From Eledone cirrhosa (lineage: Eukaryota): a stretch of DNA of 64,000 bases. The notes beneath the pieces were generated by a model, which searched no databases, was not told where the DNA came from, and was given only the letters and a program-made list of their open reading frames with translations. Within the stretch, counting starts at the first letter, position 1, and each line of letters starts with the position of its first letter. The translations under genes were made by a program, and so were the position numbers. Positions 1 through 13,486 of this stretch are shown piece by piece. The stretch covers positions 28,768,001-28,832,000 of the forward strand of contig OZ024759.1 in the NCBI GenBank assembly GCA_964016885.1, written 5' to 3'.

Positions 1-41
1 ATATATATATGTATATGTATATATATATACATGTATATATG

Positions 42-80
<39 letters not shown>

Positions 81-85
81 ATATG

Positions 86-124
<39 letters not shown>

Positions 125-159
125 ATATGTATGTATATATATATATATATATATATACA

Positions 160-260
<101 letters not shown>

Positions 261-548
261 CAAAAGAAAATGGCTGCGTTGAAATTCAGGTGTTCTCAAA
301 GAAGAAAGCTGATTTGGAGAGTTTGGTTTCTTTTAGTTTGTATTTGTCTTTGATTGTTTTTGTTCTTTTGTTTTCCAGGAGAAGACCTTGCTTAACGTTA
401 ATAGTAATGACGGGATTGATAATGAAAGAAGATTTTTCAAGTGGCTTACTTCCACTTCCGGTGGTATTACGCCTTAGCGCATTAAAGTGTCACAAATATT
501 TGTGCCCGGATGATCATGTAACATTCTTGCCTTTCTCACTGGCAGCCA

Positions 549-916
549 TCATCATAGCATCACAGCTATCATCACAATCATCATCATAGCATAACAGCTA
601 TCATCACAATCATCATCATAGCATCACAGCTATCATCATCACAATCATCATCATAGCATCACAATCATCATCATAGCATCACAATCATCATCATAGCATC
701 ACAGCTATCATCACAATCATCATCATAGCATCACAGCTATCATCATCACAATCATCATCATAGCATCACAATCATCATCATAGCATCACAGCTATCATCA
801 TCACAATCATCATCATATCATCACAATCATCATCATAGCATCACAGCTATCATCACAATCATCATCATAACATCACAATCATCATCATAGCATCACAATC
901 ATCATCACAGTAATCA
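549..916 (+). repeat. CAT-rich compound minisatellite (CATCACAGCTAT/CATCACAATCATCATCATAG)
   Basis: Tandem units read directly. Confidence 0.9.
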
Positions 917-1061
917 TAGCAACATATAGCAGTGTAGCATCTCGACTTCACTGGCTCGTGAATGTATTTTGACGGCATCTAACAAGATATAGATATATAT
1001 ATCAGTATATATATATATATATGTGTGTATGTGTATATATATATATATATGTGTGTGTATG

Positions 1062-1094
<33 letters not shown>

Positions 1095-1184
1095 ATATAA
1101 TATATATATATATATAATAGATATATATATAACATATATATATATATATATAATATATATTATATATATATATATATTATATAT

Positions 1185-1245
<61 letters not shown>

Positions 1246-1392
1246 ATATATATATAATATATATATGTGTGTGTATATATATATAATATATATATGTGTG
1301 TGTATATATATATAATATATATATGTGTGTGTGTATATATATATCTATATATATATCTATATCTATATATATATATATATACATATATGTAC

Positions 1393-1685
1393 CAGGGGCG
1401 AAGGGTCCGTGCATGCAATGCATGCAGTGCATGCGTTATAGAATCTTGAGTTGATCAATTGCGTCGGTTGAAGCAAGCAGAATTTTGGCTGCTTACTAAA
1501 TCGTAGACACATAAAAAGATAGCACACACACACACACATATATACACTAGACAACACTACATGCGGCTTTGACTGGGAGGGGCATTTTGAGGGAATTGGG
1601 GGGGAGGGGTAAGGTTGCACAGCCCCACTTTCCGCCATGTCGATTGGACTGCATGCCCTGCTTTCCAGGTTACCCTTCACCACTG
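1393..1685. mobile_element. Putative MITE with CAG-starting TIRs
   Basis: CAGGGGCGAAGGGT at 1393 versus the reverse complement of ACCCTTCACCACTG ending 1685 (12/14 match); no clear TSD. Confidence 0.5.
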
Positions 1686-1696
1686 ATATATATAAA

Positions 1697-1763
<67 letters not shown>

Positions 1764-1918
1764 CTCTGTGTATGTGTATTCATCTTTATGTATATATATA
1801 GAGATATATATTAATGTATTAATATTATATATACATATTCACACACACATATGCATGTCATAACGTATATCTGATAGTATATACATATATGCATTTACAT
1901 ACGTACAGGCATATACTG

Positions 1919-1951
<33 letters not shown>

Positions 1952-2312
1952 CACATATGCAGACATACCTATATACATTTACCTAGCTATATAATTCGTA
2001 TTACATACACGACGCCGTATTCCAACGCTAGGAGAGGAAAAATTACAAAGCAACTGTTTTTTAATTATACTATGTTGAATTTCTGATCACCGGAAACTGT
2101 AGGGTTTTTCAGGCTTTGTTTCCGGTTGTGTGAAAACAACTTCCGGCTCCTCACCAATCTACCACTCACCTCATATACCGGATATAAGCTACATAAAATG
2201 CCCTTTTTTAAAATTTTTTATATTTCATTTTCCGTATTATTATTATTATTTTTTTTTTTTTTTTCAATTTTGACGTGGTTGAGTCCTTTAAAAAGTGAAA
2301 GTGTTTGTAGGG

Positions 2313-2343
<31 letters not shown>

Positions 2344-3076
2344 ATGTGTGTATGTTGTTTGTGTGAGTGTGTGTTGACGTATGTGTTTGTATATGAAAAT
2401 TGGTTTGTGTGCGTTGACGTGTATGTGTGCTTGTGTGTTTTTGACTGTCTGTGTTTCTATGTGTGCATGTGTTTGTGTGCGGTGACGTGTGTGTTTGTGT
2501 GCGGTGACGTGTGTGTTTGTGTGTGTGTATATGTGTGTATTGATGTATGTGTTTGTTTTTATTTGGATGTGTGTACGTGTGTATATACACATAGGTATAT
2601 GTATGTATGTTTGTTTGTTTGTTTGGATATGTATGCGTCAGTGATGGAAAGAGAATTTTGAGTTAGCTTGGAATGCGCATGTGTGTATTAATTTTGATCT
2701 GTATGTGTGTATGCATGTGTGTGCGTACTTGGGTGTGTACTTGTATAAGTACGTGTTTGCGTGTGTCAGTATATTGTGTATGTGTATGTGTGTATATGTA
2801 AATGCATGTTTGTTTCCAGGTGTCAGTAATTTGTGCATGTGAATTTCTTTTAGTATGAGTGTGTATGCATGTATGTGTGTACATAAATTGGTGCGCATAC
2901 GCGTTGGTATGCGTGTCTGTATTGTTGTTGTTGTTGTTGAACTCCAATTCAGCCACACCTGAGCAGAATTATGATCAAAGCTATTCCAACCATATCTACC
3001 TCATTTTCTTCGTGTGTGCAATCAGTAATAACAAAGTCCGAGTTACATTCCATACATATAAACTGTGATAGAGATA

Positions 3077-3145
3077 TGTCTGGTGAAAACGTAATGAATA
3101 ATCGTTGAATAACGACTTTTCCACACCTTCGAAATGTGCATAACA
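3077..3145 (+). ncRNA. Degenerate type I hammerhead motif (family D)
   Basis: TGT-CTGGTGA...GAAA-TGTGCA-TA-ACA; core has an A6G change; homologous to 17779-17886 on the minus strand. Confidence 0.5.
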
Positions 3146-3212
3146 GGGTGACGTGATGGAATAAAACGATGTTGAATATGTGATACGATGTTGAATATGT
3201 GATACGATGTTG

Positions 3213-3250
<38 letters not shown>

Positions 3251-3815
3251 TGGAAATGCACGAAGTAGATTGGACGCTATAACGGCTTCATGCATGCGTA
3301 TTTCAGACATATAGGCGAGTTAAGAAACATCACATCGAACTTTTTTTTTGTTTTGGACCGTATCTGCTTCACATTTGAACAGAGGGTTACATCCCTGAAA
3401 TATCATGTTGAAACATTACTTCGTTTTGTTTTATTTATCATCCTTTGCCCTTTATATATTTCTACCGCAGAGTTCCGGCTTTTTGAAGGTCTATTACACA
3501 CACCTGTATGTTACGCGAAACTGCACGCCGGCAAGGTGGCTGATGAGGTTGTGATGCAGATGTACAACACCTTAACCAATAGGTCACATAACTATACATA
3601 CCACCACGCCGACTCTCGAATAGTTTCTAGGATTCCAGCCGATTTCCCCCTCAGCCTCTATACTGTATACTGTATACTAGAATTGAAAACCGTAAAAGCC
3701 ACCCACAAAGACTCACAAATAACAATAGGTACACGGGTGTATGGCTTCGAACACAGAGATAGGCTTCAAATATAAATAAATAAAATAAAAGGAAATGAAA
3801 ACGGGGCAAGGAAGG

Positions 3816-3857
<42 letters not shown>

Positions 3858-3920
3858 CATCCATATATATATATATATATATTTATACATACATATGTGT
3901 ATATATATATATATGTGTGT

Positions 3921-4004
<84 letters not shown>

Positions 4005-4403
4005 TTCTGTGTGTGTGTGTGGCTTGGCAGTTCTAATCGGGTGGAAGCGAAATATCAGGGTGCAGAATTAATTAGAAAGAAGAAGAAGAAGAAGAAGAAG
4101 AAGACATTAATCCGTTTAAGAATTTTTAAAGAAAGAACTGGGTTTGGTCAAAGTAAGGGTTGTGTCAGCGTTGCTGGAATTACTGAGTACACATAGTTAA
4201 GTACTGAGCTAAGACTGACACCTGGTGGTGGTGGCGTTGGTGTGCGGTGATTAATATCACGTGATTAACTTTATAGTTTCCCCCATTTTTTGTAAAGTTG
4301 GTTTTCTTTATATTCTTTAGGTGGGGGTAGGGGTGGCTTTGGTGTCATATATCTACTGTATGGAACCCGGAAGTGAGGTGTTTCATATACATATATACAC
4401 ACA

Positions 4404-4466
<63 letters not shown>

Positions 4467-4499
4467 GTATATCTATGTATATATATATGTATATATATG

Positions 4500-4544
<45 letters not shown>

Positions 4545-4879
4545 ATATATATATATCTATAAAATGTTTAACGTAAGATGAGGGAAAAGTAATACAATCT
4601 TAATTTAAAACAAATCAAGAAGAAAAACTTTATCCTCAGACTTTGTGTATATATATATATATATATGAACTTATATTCATGGAAATTTGGGACTTGACTC
4701 GTTCTTCCTCACTTTTCGTTGCTTCACCATCTTTGTTTGTTTACACTCTCGCTGTCCCCTTTATTTACGTGTCCCAACGACTTTTTTTAGCCGTTGCTCG
4801 CACCAACCGGAGGTATATGGTCTTTAAAACGAAGTAATACCTGTGATGGTTGGAAGATCACTGATGAAGGACCACTTTA

Positions 4880-4928
<49 letters not shown>

Positions 4929-5003
4929 GCAAGAAGTAAACGGAAACAACCAAGTACAATGAAGAGCTATAATTGCTTAACGACTGATAAAGTAGGAAAA
5001 GTG

Positions 5004-5038
5004 TCTTTACGTTTCGGACAAAGTCCTTCATCGGAAGA
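5004..5038 (-). ncRNA. Minimal type I hammerhead ribozyme (family E), Penelope-pLTR type
   Basis: Minus strand reads TCTT-CCGATGA-A-GGAC-TTT-GTCC-GAAAC-GTA-AAGA: stem I TCTT/AAGA, stem II GGAC/GTCC, palindromic ACGT stem III. Confidence 0.75.
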
Positions 5039-5296
5039 TAAAATTAGAAATAAAATACAACGATAGAGAATTAGAAGGGGAAGGAACGGAAAAAAAAATA
5101 TTGAGAAAAAACGCGCGTGTATTTTCTTAATGTATATATATATATATATACCACCATATATATTTTTTAATTTTATGTTGATCATGCCTTTATATTTAAT
5201 TTCATTTGCACCGTTTCCTCTCACCTCCTTTTTTCTATATGGCTCTCCACCACTCCCCTACACACCCTTGGAACTCTCTTCCCACACACTTTTCAC

Positions 5297-5324
5297 CTGA
5301 AGAAGGTCTTATGCCCGAAACGTC
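5297..5324 (+). ncRNA. Minimal hammerhead motif in a Penelope pLTR-like fragment (about 5160-5416)
   Basis: CTGAAGA-AGG-tcttatgc-CC-GAAAC-GTC, followed by AATAAA and a (TA)n tract; stem I is weak. Confidence 0.65.
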
Positions 5325-5412
5325 GTTCCCCACCATCACCCCACTCTCAAGAGCGTGAAACTAATAAACCTTTGTTCGTACTGCCTCTCTGTTTTGTTCC
5401 CGTTCAATTTTT

Positions 5413-5451
<39 letters not shown>

Positions 5452-6077
5452 CACTATGCCCTTCTGGCAAATAAATAAATCGCTATTATTATTATTATTA
5501 TTATTATTATTTGATTTTGTTGTTGCTGCTGCTGTTTTACACTTGCATGCACATATATGTTAATTCGCTTCCCTCTGAAAGAACCCCCCCCCCCCGCACA
5601 CACCTACACAAACACTACTAACTAACCGCCATCACCCACCACCGTCACCAATTCCTTTCACCATTCACTACCACCTCCACCATTACTATCATCATCATCT
5701 ACCAATTACTCCCACAAACCCTCTCCACCAGCACCCCCACCTTCTCCATCGCCTTACGCCAGATAGCTCCACCTCTCACCACCCGCCCCCACAAATTACC
5801 TTCACCACCACCACCACCACCACCACCAGGTCTACCAATTACACCCCAGAACCCCACCCAGACAAAAAGTAAAATCCATTTTTCTTCCTCTCTGGCTTCA
5901 ACAATGTAAGAATGTTAGGTTTTGTGTCGAGATTGTTTAACTAAACAAAACCTACTGAGGTGTTTTCTGGGAATAAATTTAGTAAACACACTCTCATATA
6001 CACACAGCATAAGGGACGCCAAATATATATATATACACACACACACACAGATATATATATATATTTATATATATATT

Positions 6078-6376
<299 letters not shown>

Positions 6377-6548
6377 TATAAATATATATATATATTTAAA
6401 AATTAAACAAGGTTCAATGAATACATCAAAGAATGAGTTTTACAATAGATTGGAAGCACTCAACAGTGAAAAAAAAAAAAAAAGGGTTTCCAGAGTTATT
6501 AATATTAATTCATAATATTAACAAAATAGATATTCTTGTGATTAAGTA

Positions 6549-6615
6549 TATTTTATTATACATATTTCAGAGGTACTGAGTTAAGTTTAACAGTACGTCA
6601 TCGTCAGATAAAATA
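6549..6615 (-). ncRNA. Type I hammerhead ribozyme (family A, left arm)
   Basis: Minus strand reads TATTTTAT-CTGACGA-tgacGTACTG...CAGTACctct-GAAA-TATGTA-TA-ATAAAATA. Confidence 0.7.
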
Positions 6616-6723
6616 GGATGATGCATGACATACCCTGACATAGTAGATGGTTAATCACTACCATGGTTGAACAATGATTGAATCTTAACCATCTACTATG
6701 TCAGGGTATGTCATACATCATCC

Positions 6724-6790
6724 TATTTTATCTGACGAGGACGTACTGTTAAACTTAACTCAGTACCTCTGAAATATGTATAATAAAATA
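6724..6790 (+). ncRNA. Type I hammerhead ribozyme (family A, right arm)
   Basis: TATTTTAT-CTGACGA-GGAcGTACTG...CAGTACcTCT-GAAA-TATGTA-TA-ATAAAATA; 8-bp stem I. Confidence 0.75.
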
Positions 6791-6970
6791 TACTTGATCA
6801 CAAGAATATCTATTTTGTTAATATTTTGAATTTATATATATGTATATATATATATATATATAGGAACGAGTAGGACCCAGAATGCTGAGCTCTTGTTTTT
6901 TTTCCCCAAAAAACAAGATGGCGTAGGACAGAACAAAGGAGAGGCACAAAAACAAAGAAAACAATCCCCA

Positions 6971-7013
6971 GTCACTGAAGAGGTCACAGAATGTGTGACG
7001 AAAGAAATTTGAC
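6971..7013 (+). ncRNA. Hammerhead motif with degenerate stem III
   Basis: GTCA-CTGAAGA-G-GTCACA-gaatg-TGTGAC-GAAA-gaaa-TT-TGAC; stems I and II are perfect. Confidence 0.65.
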
Positions 7014-7159
7014 AATATATAAACAATCATCTGGTTGTGGAACCAACCAACCAACCGGAAATTTATAAATTCCTAAATTTATAAATTTATTATAATAAAT
7101 TGAAGTGAAAGCAACTGGTGCGTGTGTTTCTTATTGGTAACATGACCCTCCCAAAGTAT

Positions 7160-7234
<75 letters not shown>

Positions 7235-7240
7235 CATACA

Positions 7241-7272
<32 letters not shown>

Positions 7273-7278
7273 CATACA

Positions 7279-7310
<32 letters not shown>

Positions 7311-7395
7311 CATACATATAGATATACACATATATATATATATACATACATATAGATATACACATATCATATATATATATATATATACATGCATA

Positions 7396-7431
<36 letters not shown>

Positions 7432-7432
7432 C

Positions 7433-7465
<33 letters not shown>

Positions 7466-7473
7466 CATGCATA

Positions 7474-7509
<36 letters not shown>

Positions 7510-7510
7510 C

Positions 7511-7561
<51 letters not shown>

Positions 7562-7574
7562 CATATATATATAC

Positions 7575-7607
<33 letters not shown>

Positions 7608-7618
7608 CATATATATAA

Positions 7619-7661
<43 letters not shown>

Positions 7662-7676
7662 TATAAATATATATAA

Positions 7677-7709
<33 letters not shown>

Positions 7710-7743
7710 CACGGATTAACAAATAATAGTTAAATGCAGTCCA

Positions 7744-7785
<42 letters not shown>

Positions 7786-7836
7786 TATATATAAATATAT
7801 ACATGCATATATATATATATATAAATATATACATGC

Positions 7837-7879
<43 letters not shown>

Positions 7880-7900
7880 CATATATAAATATATACATGC

Positions 7901-7933
<33 letters not shown>

Positions 7934-8411
7934 TATACATATATATAAATATATACAGCATATATATATATACATATATATATAAATATATATATACATA
8001 TATATATATATATACATATATATAAATATATACATGCATATATATATATATATATATACATATATATATACGTACATTTATACATATACATACATATATA
8101 TATATATATACATACATATAGAAATACATATCTATATAGCGGTAAGTATATATAAATACATATATATATATATATATATATAAATACATATATATATATA
8201 TATATACATATATATATACACATATATATGTGTGTATGTGTGTATATATATATATGTGGTATCAGTCATAAAACTGCCAACATATTTGATATCATCCACT
8301 GCTCAGAGTGGTTAATACGATGTCTAGACTGGCATGTGACCAGGCGAGAGTGGATGATAAACTTAATAAAGGGTGGCAGCCTGTAGCCATCTCTTGTCTG
8401 TCTGTTGTAGT

Positions 8412-9685
8412 GTGTGGTGGTGGTGGTGGTGGTTGTGGTGACAATGGCGTTGGTGATGGTCGTGGTGGTGGTGGTAGTGGCTGTGGTGTTTGTGGCGTTG
8501 GTGATAGTGGTCGTTGTGTGTTGGTAGTGATGGTGGTGGTTTATGTGGTGGCTGTGGTGGTAGTAGCAGTGGTGGTGGTTGTTGTGGTGGTTTATGTGAT
8601 GGCTGTGGTGGTAGTAGCAGTGGTGGTGGTGGTGTGTGGTGGTGGTGGTGGTGTGTGTTGGTTGTGGTGGTTGTTAATGTGATGATAGTGGTGGTGGTGT
8701 TGTATGTTGGTAGTGATGGTGGTGGTTTATGTGATGGCTGTGGTGGTAGTAGCAGTGGTGGTGGTGGTGTGTGGTGGTGGTGGTGGTGTGTGTTGGTTGT
8801 GGTGGTTGTTAATGTGATGATAGTGGTGGTGGTGTTGTGTGTTGGTAGTGATGGTGGTGGTTTATGTGGTGGCTGTGGTGGTAGTAGCAGTGGTGGTAGT
8901 AGCAGTGGTGGTGGTGGCGTGTGGTGGTGGTGGTGGTGTGTGTTGGTTGTGGTGGTTGTTAATGTGGTGATAGTGGTGGTGGTGTTGTGTGTTGGTAGTG
9001 ATGGTGGTGGTTTATATGGTGGCTGTGGTGGTAGTAGCAGTGGTGGTGGTTATTGTGGTGGTTTATGTGATGGCTGTGGTGGTAGTAGCAGTGGTGGTGG
9101 TGGTGTGTGGTGGTGGTGGTGGTGTGTGTTGGTTGTGGTGGTTGTTAATGTGATGATAGTGGTGGTGGTGTTGTGTGTTGGTAGTGATGGTGGTGGTTTA
9201 TGTGGTGGCTGTGGTGGTAGTAGCAGTGGTGGTGGTGGTGTGTGGTGGTGGTGGTGATGGTTGATGTGGTGGTAGTGGTGTTGGTGTTGAGTGTTGGTAG
9301 TGTTGGTGGCTGAGATGGTAGTGTGATGGCAGTGGAGGTGGTGATGGTGGTGGTAGTGTGGAGGTAGTGGTGGTTGTGGTTGCAGTGGCGGTGGTGATGG
9401 TGGTGTTAGTGGTGGCAGTTTATGTTATGGTGGCGATGATGGTGCTGGTTGTAGTGGTGGTGGTGGTGGTGGTGGTGGTGGTTGTGGTGGTGGTGGTGAT
9501 AATGGTGGTAGTGTGGTAGTAGTGTTAGTGGCGGTGGTGGTTGATGTGATGATGGCGATGATGGTGTTGGTTGTAGTGGTGGTGGTGGTGGCTGTGGTAG
9601 TACTAGTGGCAGTGGCAGTAGTTATGGTAGTGGTAGTGTGCTAGTAGTGATAGTGGCGGTGGTGGTGTTGGTTGTAGTCGTGATG
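8412..9685 (+). repeat. GGT-rich low-complexity array with higher-order units
   Basis: Recurring blocks such as GTTGGTAGTGATGGTGGTGGTTTATGTG and GTTGTTAATGTGATGATAG. Confidence 0.9.
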
Positions 9686-10628
9686 TTGTACCCAGCTCTA
9701 CCCACCGTGACTGCCTGATCTACGGTTTCCATGAGGGTGAATGGCTGGTGTAGCGGGCATCTCCGGCTGCTCTTCTCCACGGCAACACTTTCAGTTGTTG
9801 TTTACAGCGAGAAGCAGTTCAGATATATATAGTCCAGCCGAGGGTGTAGAATATACAGATGTATATAGTTAAACACTGAGCTAATTATGCGTACATAATA
9901 TAAATACACACGTCTATACACGTTTGCGTGTATATGTATGTGTGCGTATGTATGTGAGTGTGTGTGTGTGTGTATATATGCATGTGTGTATGTGTATATA
10001 TATGTGTGTGCCTGTATGCGTATATGCATGTGTGTATGTGTACATGGATATATGTATGCATGTGCGTATATATATATGTGTGTGTATGTATGTGTGTATA
10101 TGTATGTGTGTGTATATATATGTGTGTCTGTATATATGTGTCTGTATGTATGTATATATGTATGTATGTGTATATGTGTATGTGTATATATGTAAGCGTA
10201 TATGTGTATGTGTGTATATATATATGTGTCTGTATGTTTGTGTGTATGTATGTATGTATGTATATATGTATGTATGTGTATATGTGTATGTGTATATATG
10301 TAAGCGTATATGTGTATGTGTGTATGTGTACATGTATATATGTATGCATGTGTGTATATATATATGTGTGTGTGTATATGTATGTGTGTATATATATATG
10401 TGTGTCTGTATGTTTGTGTGTATGTATGTATATATGTATGTATGTATATGTGTATGTGTATATGTGTAAGCGTATGTGTGTATGTGTGTATGTGTGTATG
10501 CAATACAATAACAAGAGACTTGAAACGAACATATTTTAATGTTCCTTACAACGTGGAATCACTGTTTTGACAGCCGTGTGGGATACATTTACACACACAC
10601 ACACACACATATATACACACATATATAC

Positions 10629-10659
<31 letters not shown>

Positions 10660-11089
10660 TACATATATATATATAAATTTATATACACATATACATATAC
10701 ATGTATATATATATATATATGGAAGACAAGCTGTTTTAATCACATCATACACAAATGTCTTAATCCTATTATATCACATACACTCTGTACTGAATGGCCG
10801 GCCTTTACGCCATCGTAACGCCACAGTTGTGGATTGCATACACTTCACACACCACATATACACATATATACATATATATATATAAATATATATATATATA
10901 CACACATATTTATAGACAGACATACACACGCACAAATATATGCTGTCACATACTGTTATTTGGTTCCTGTCTGAAGCCGCTCCCGTTGACCTCTTCAACG
11001 GGAAGATGGCAACACTTGCATTTATATATATATATAGAGAGAGTGAGAGAGAGACAGAGAGAGAGTGTGTGTGTGTGTGTGTGTGTGTG

Positions 11090-11139
<50 letters not shown>

Positions 11140-11232
11140 CACACATAGTTACCCTTATTTGTTTTATATAACTACACTTTATAACAATTTTAATAAACTG
11201 TCTAACGTTTTTGTCGTACCCCGTTGTTTGTA

Positions 11233-11276
<44 letters not shown>

Positions 11277-11539
11277 TGTACATTCCCACAGTGTGTACAA
11301 GGGTCACTGAATCCAGTAAAGGAAATATTAATAGGAAGGTGTGTGTAGAAAGGTGGAAGGGATGCTGTCCTCGAGTGAACTTTTTAGCGTTGGTTAATGG
11401 TCGTAGTTGAAGTCAGACTAAAAGTTTTTAGAAATTGAAGGAACTGTCTATAGATGTTAGGATATATATTATCTTTATCCTTTCCTAAGTGTGGGATAAC
11501 AGAAATTTGAATTTACCGATCATACGTGTATATATATAC

Positions 11540-11610
<71 letters not shown>

Positions 11611-11612
<2 letters not shown>

Positions 11613-11773
11613 AGTAAGTAAGACCCCGACGGCTGAGCCCAAGCCGTTTCGACGGCCAATTCTGTACTCAGCCGTCGGGGTCTTACTTACTCCTATTACC
11701 CACTCTACTACCCTAAGTATTGAGTACTTTGGTGCGTTATGGTCCACCTGGTTCCTTACCACTTTTCCCTCGC
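11611..11773 (+). mobile_element. Short (TA)n-embedded element with 5' fold-back (family B, copy 1)
   Basis: Arms 11611-11637 and 11667-11693; shared tail TATTACCCACTCTACTACCCTAAGTATTGAGTACTTTGGTGCGTTATGGTCCACCTGGTTCCTTACC. Confidence 0.85.
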
Positions 11774-11883
11774 TATATATATATATATATATATATTACA
11801 ATAAAGTGTTGATGATTAACAGTCGAACTAGTCTTAGTTGAATCGAAATCCCTAGTAGATCTTTTCCTTCTAAGGTTAGTGAC

Positions 11884-11992
11884 GACGAGGTTAACTTTGC
11901 CTTTCATCCTTACGGGGTCGATAAAATAAAGTACCAGTAATGTACTGGGATAATTGCTGGCCTGGTGCCAAAAGTAGAAACAATTATTATTA
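11884..11992 (+). mobile_element. SINE 3' half (Nin/Deu-like domain family)
   Basis: TTTGCCTTTCATCCTTACGGGGTCGATAAAATAAAGTACCAG...GTAGAAACAA(TTA)n, repeated about 10 times in the window. Confidence 0.85.
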
Positions 11993-12317
11993 GAAATTTC
12001 CTTTGAATTCTGCTTCTTACCCGTATTATGCCGAGTGTCAACCTAACAGCTGAGACAAATTTTGTATGACACACATTTTACAATCATACAAATGATACCA
12101 TAAGCGCATAAACAACAGTAATGTATTTGCAAGGTATTTAAATTGATAATGCCCTTCTTGGGACATTTTCTGGATCTCTTTCCAGGTATCAGGTCCAAAT
12201 ATTTTTCAGGTCCCTATTTTATCATTCTAAGTGCACCGACTATCACTGATATTTTACAGGCTTTAAGATGCCACATTTTCTCAATTTCAATTCTCACATC
12301 TTTATATTTACTGAGCT
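11993..12317 (-). pseudogene. 3' fragment of an R4/Dong-like non-LTR retrotransposon (end of the restriction-like endonuclease domain plus 3' UTR)
   Basis: Minus strand from 12315 translates LSKYKDVRIEIEKMWHLKACKISVIVGALRMIK*GPEKYLDLIPG; the 3' end abuts (TAA)n. Confidence 0.75.
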
Positions 12318-12321
12318 GTTA

Positions 12322-12512
12322 TTAGCAGTATCGGTAGAGCGTTGGACGTCATGCTTTCTAACATAGTTACGTCATTTTACGGTCTGAGTTCAATTCTCGT
12401 CGAGATTAACTTTGCCTTTCATCCTTACGGGGTCGATAAAATAAAGTACCAGTAATGTACTGGGTAATTGCTGGCCTTGTGCCAAAAGTAGAAACAATTA
12501 TTATTATTATTA
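12322..12512 (+). mobile_element. SINE (Nin/Deu-like family)
   Basis: GCAGTATCGGTAGAGCG head, GAGTTCAATTC B box, conserved body, TTA tail. Confidence 0.85.
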
Positions 12513-12872
12513 ACTTTTTTAGGATTCATTTGCAGAGGAAAATGAAGGTGGAGAGGGAAGTGCTACCTTCTAAGCAGTTGTTGAAAGACGAGGGAGAGAG
12601 GAGAGCATGGTTCGGGTGAATGGGCCTGTAGATAGGAGAGAGCACTTGCCCTGGTGGTCAGGTTGACTGTGGCTTTTTTGCGGGTTTTCTCTACGTGTGA
12701 CTCTCGGCAGTCACCCCCCTCCCCTATTGGGAAATTTACTTTGTTTGAATTTGTTTTTATATCACGTTATATGAACATTTTACAAGCTAAAACCCAAACT
12801 TTTCCAATCTTGTTCTATCTGTAACGTCCTTAATGTTTTCTTTATGTAAGTCCTGCATGGCCAATAAAGAAA
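12513..12872 (+). mobile_element. 3' end of a LINE (Tx1/L1-like), 5'-truncated
   Basis: Degraded frame NFFRIHLQRKMKVEREVLPSK, then a T-rich UTR ending CCTGCATGGCCAATAAAGAAA(TTA)n; a similar end occurs at 21273-21368. Confidence 0.55.
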
Positions 12873-12882
12873 TTATTATCAA

Positions 12883-12927
<45 letters not shown>

Positions 12928-13332
12928 CGGTTTGAGAAATACATCAAAGGATTTCCTTTCTTCCACCAAAAAGCATCAGGTACATCTTAGAAGACATACA
13001 TCATAATGTAGAAGGTATACAAATGTTTGTCTGTGAGAGAATTCCTTTAAGATATTTACAGAAGCTATTATTATTATTTTTTATTATCATCACCATCATC
13101 ACCATCATTATCATCCCCATCACCATTACGATCTCCATCATTATCATCATCATCATCACCACACTAGAAACTTCCTGACGGTAGCACATGTCTCATTGCA
13201 AATGTTGTCAGTGCACGTGAAAACCCCCTCATCAGCCCTCACGTTTTCCTCGCAATGCTGCTGCTGCTGCTACTACTACTACTACTACTACTGCTACTAC
13301 CACCACCACCACCACCAAGTACTGCCGAGTAC

Positions 13333-13486
13333 TTGAACTCAGAACGTAAAGGTAAGCTTTGCCTTTCGTCCTTACAGGGTCGATAAAATAAAGTAGCAGT
13401 AATGCACTGGGGTCGATTTAATCTACTTTCCCCTTCCCTGCAAATTGCTGGCCTTGTGCCAACTGTAGAAACAATTATTATGATTA
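13333..13486 (+). mobile_element. SINE fragment with an inverted 5' piece
   Basis: TTGAACTCAGAACGTAAAGG (reverse complement of the SINE head) is joined to a forward SINE body. Confidence 0.75.

Larger units (their letters stand above)
6514..6825. repeat. 141-bp-arm inverted repeat (fold-back of a family A element)
   Basis: 6514-6654 is the reverse complement of 6685-6825 with about 3 mismatches; 30-nt spacer. Confidence 0.95.

Noticed and set aside
2165-2195. Minus-strand microexon ending GAG|GTGAGT
   Set aside because: Good donor but poor acceptor tract and no recognisable peptide
3290-3775. 161-aa non-repetitive ORF
   Set aside because: No recognisable motif, and it crosses a T run and a pyrimidine tract; probably chance
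11809-11860. TTGATGA...GAAAT hammerhead-like text
   Set aside because: Stems I and III cannot be formed convincingly
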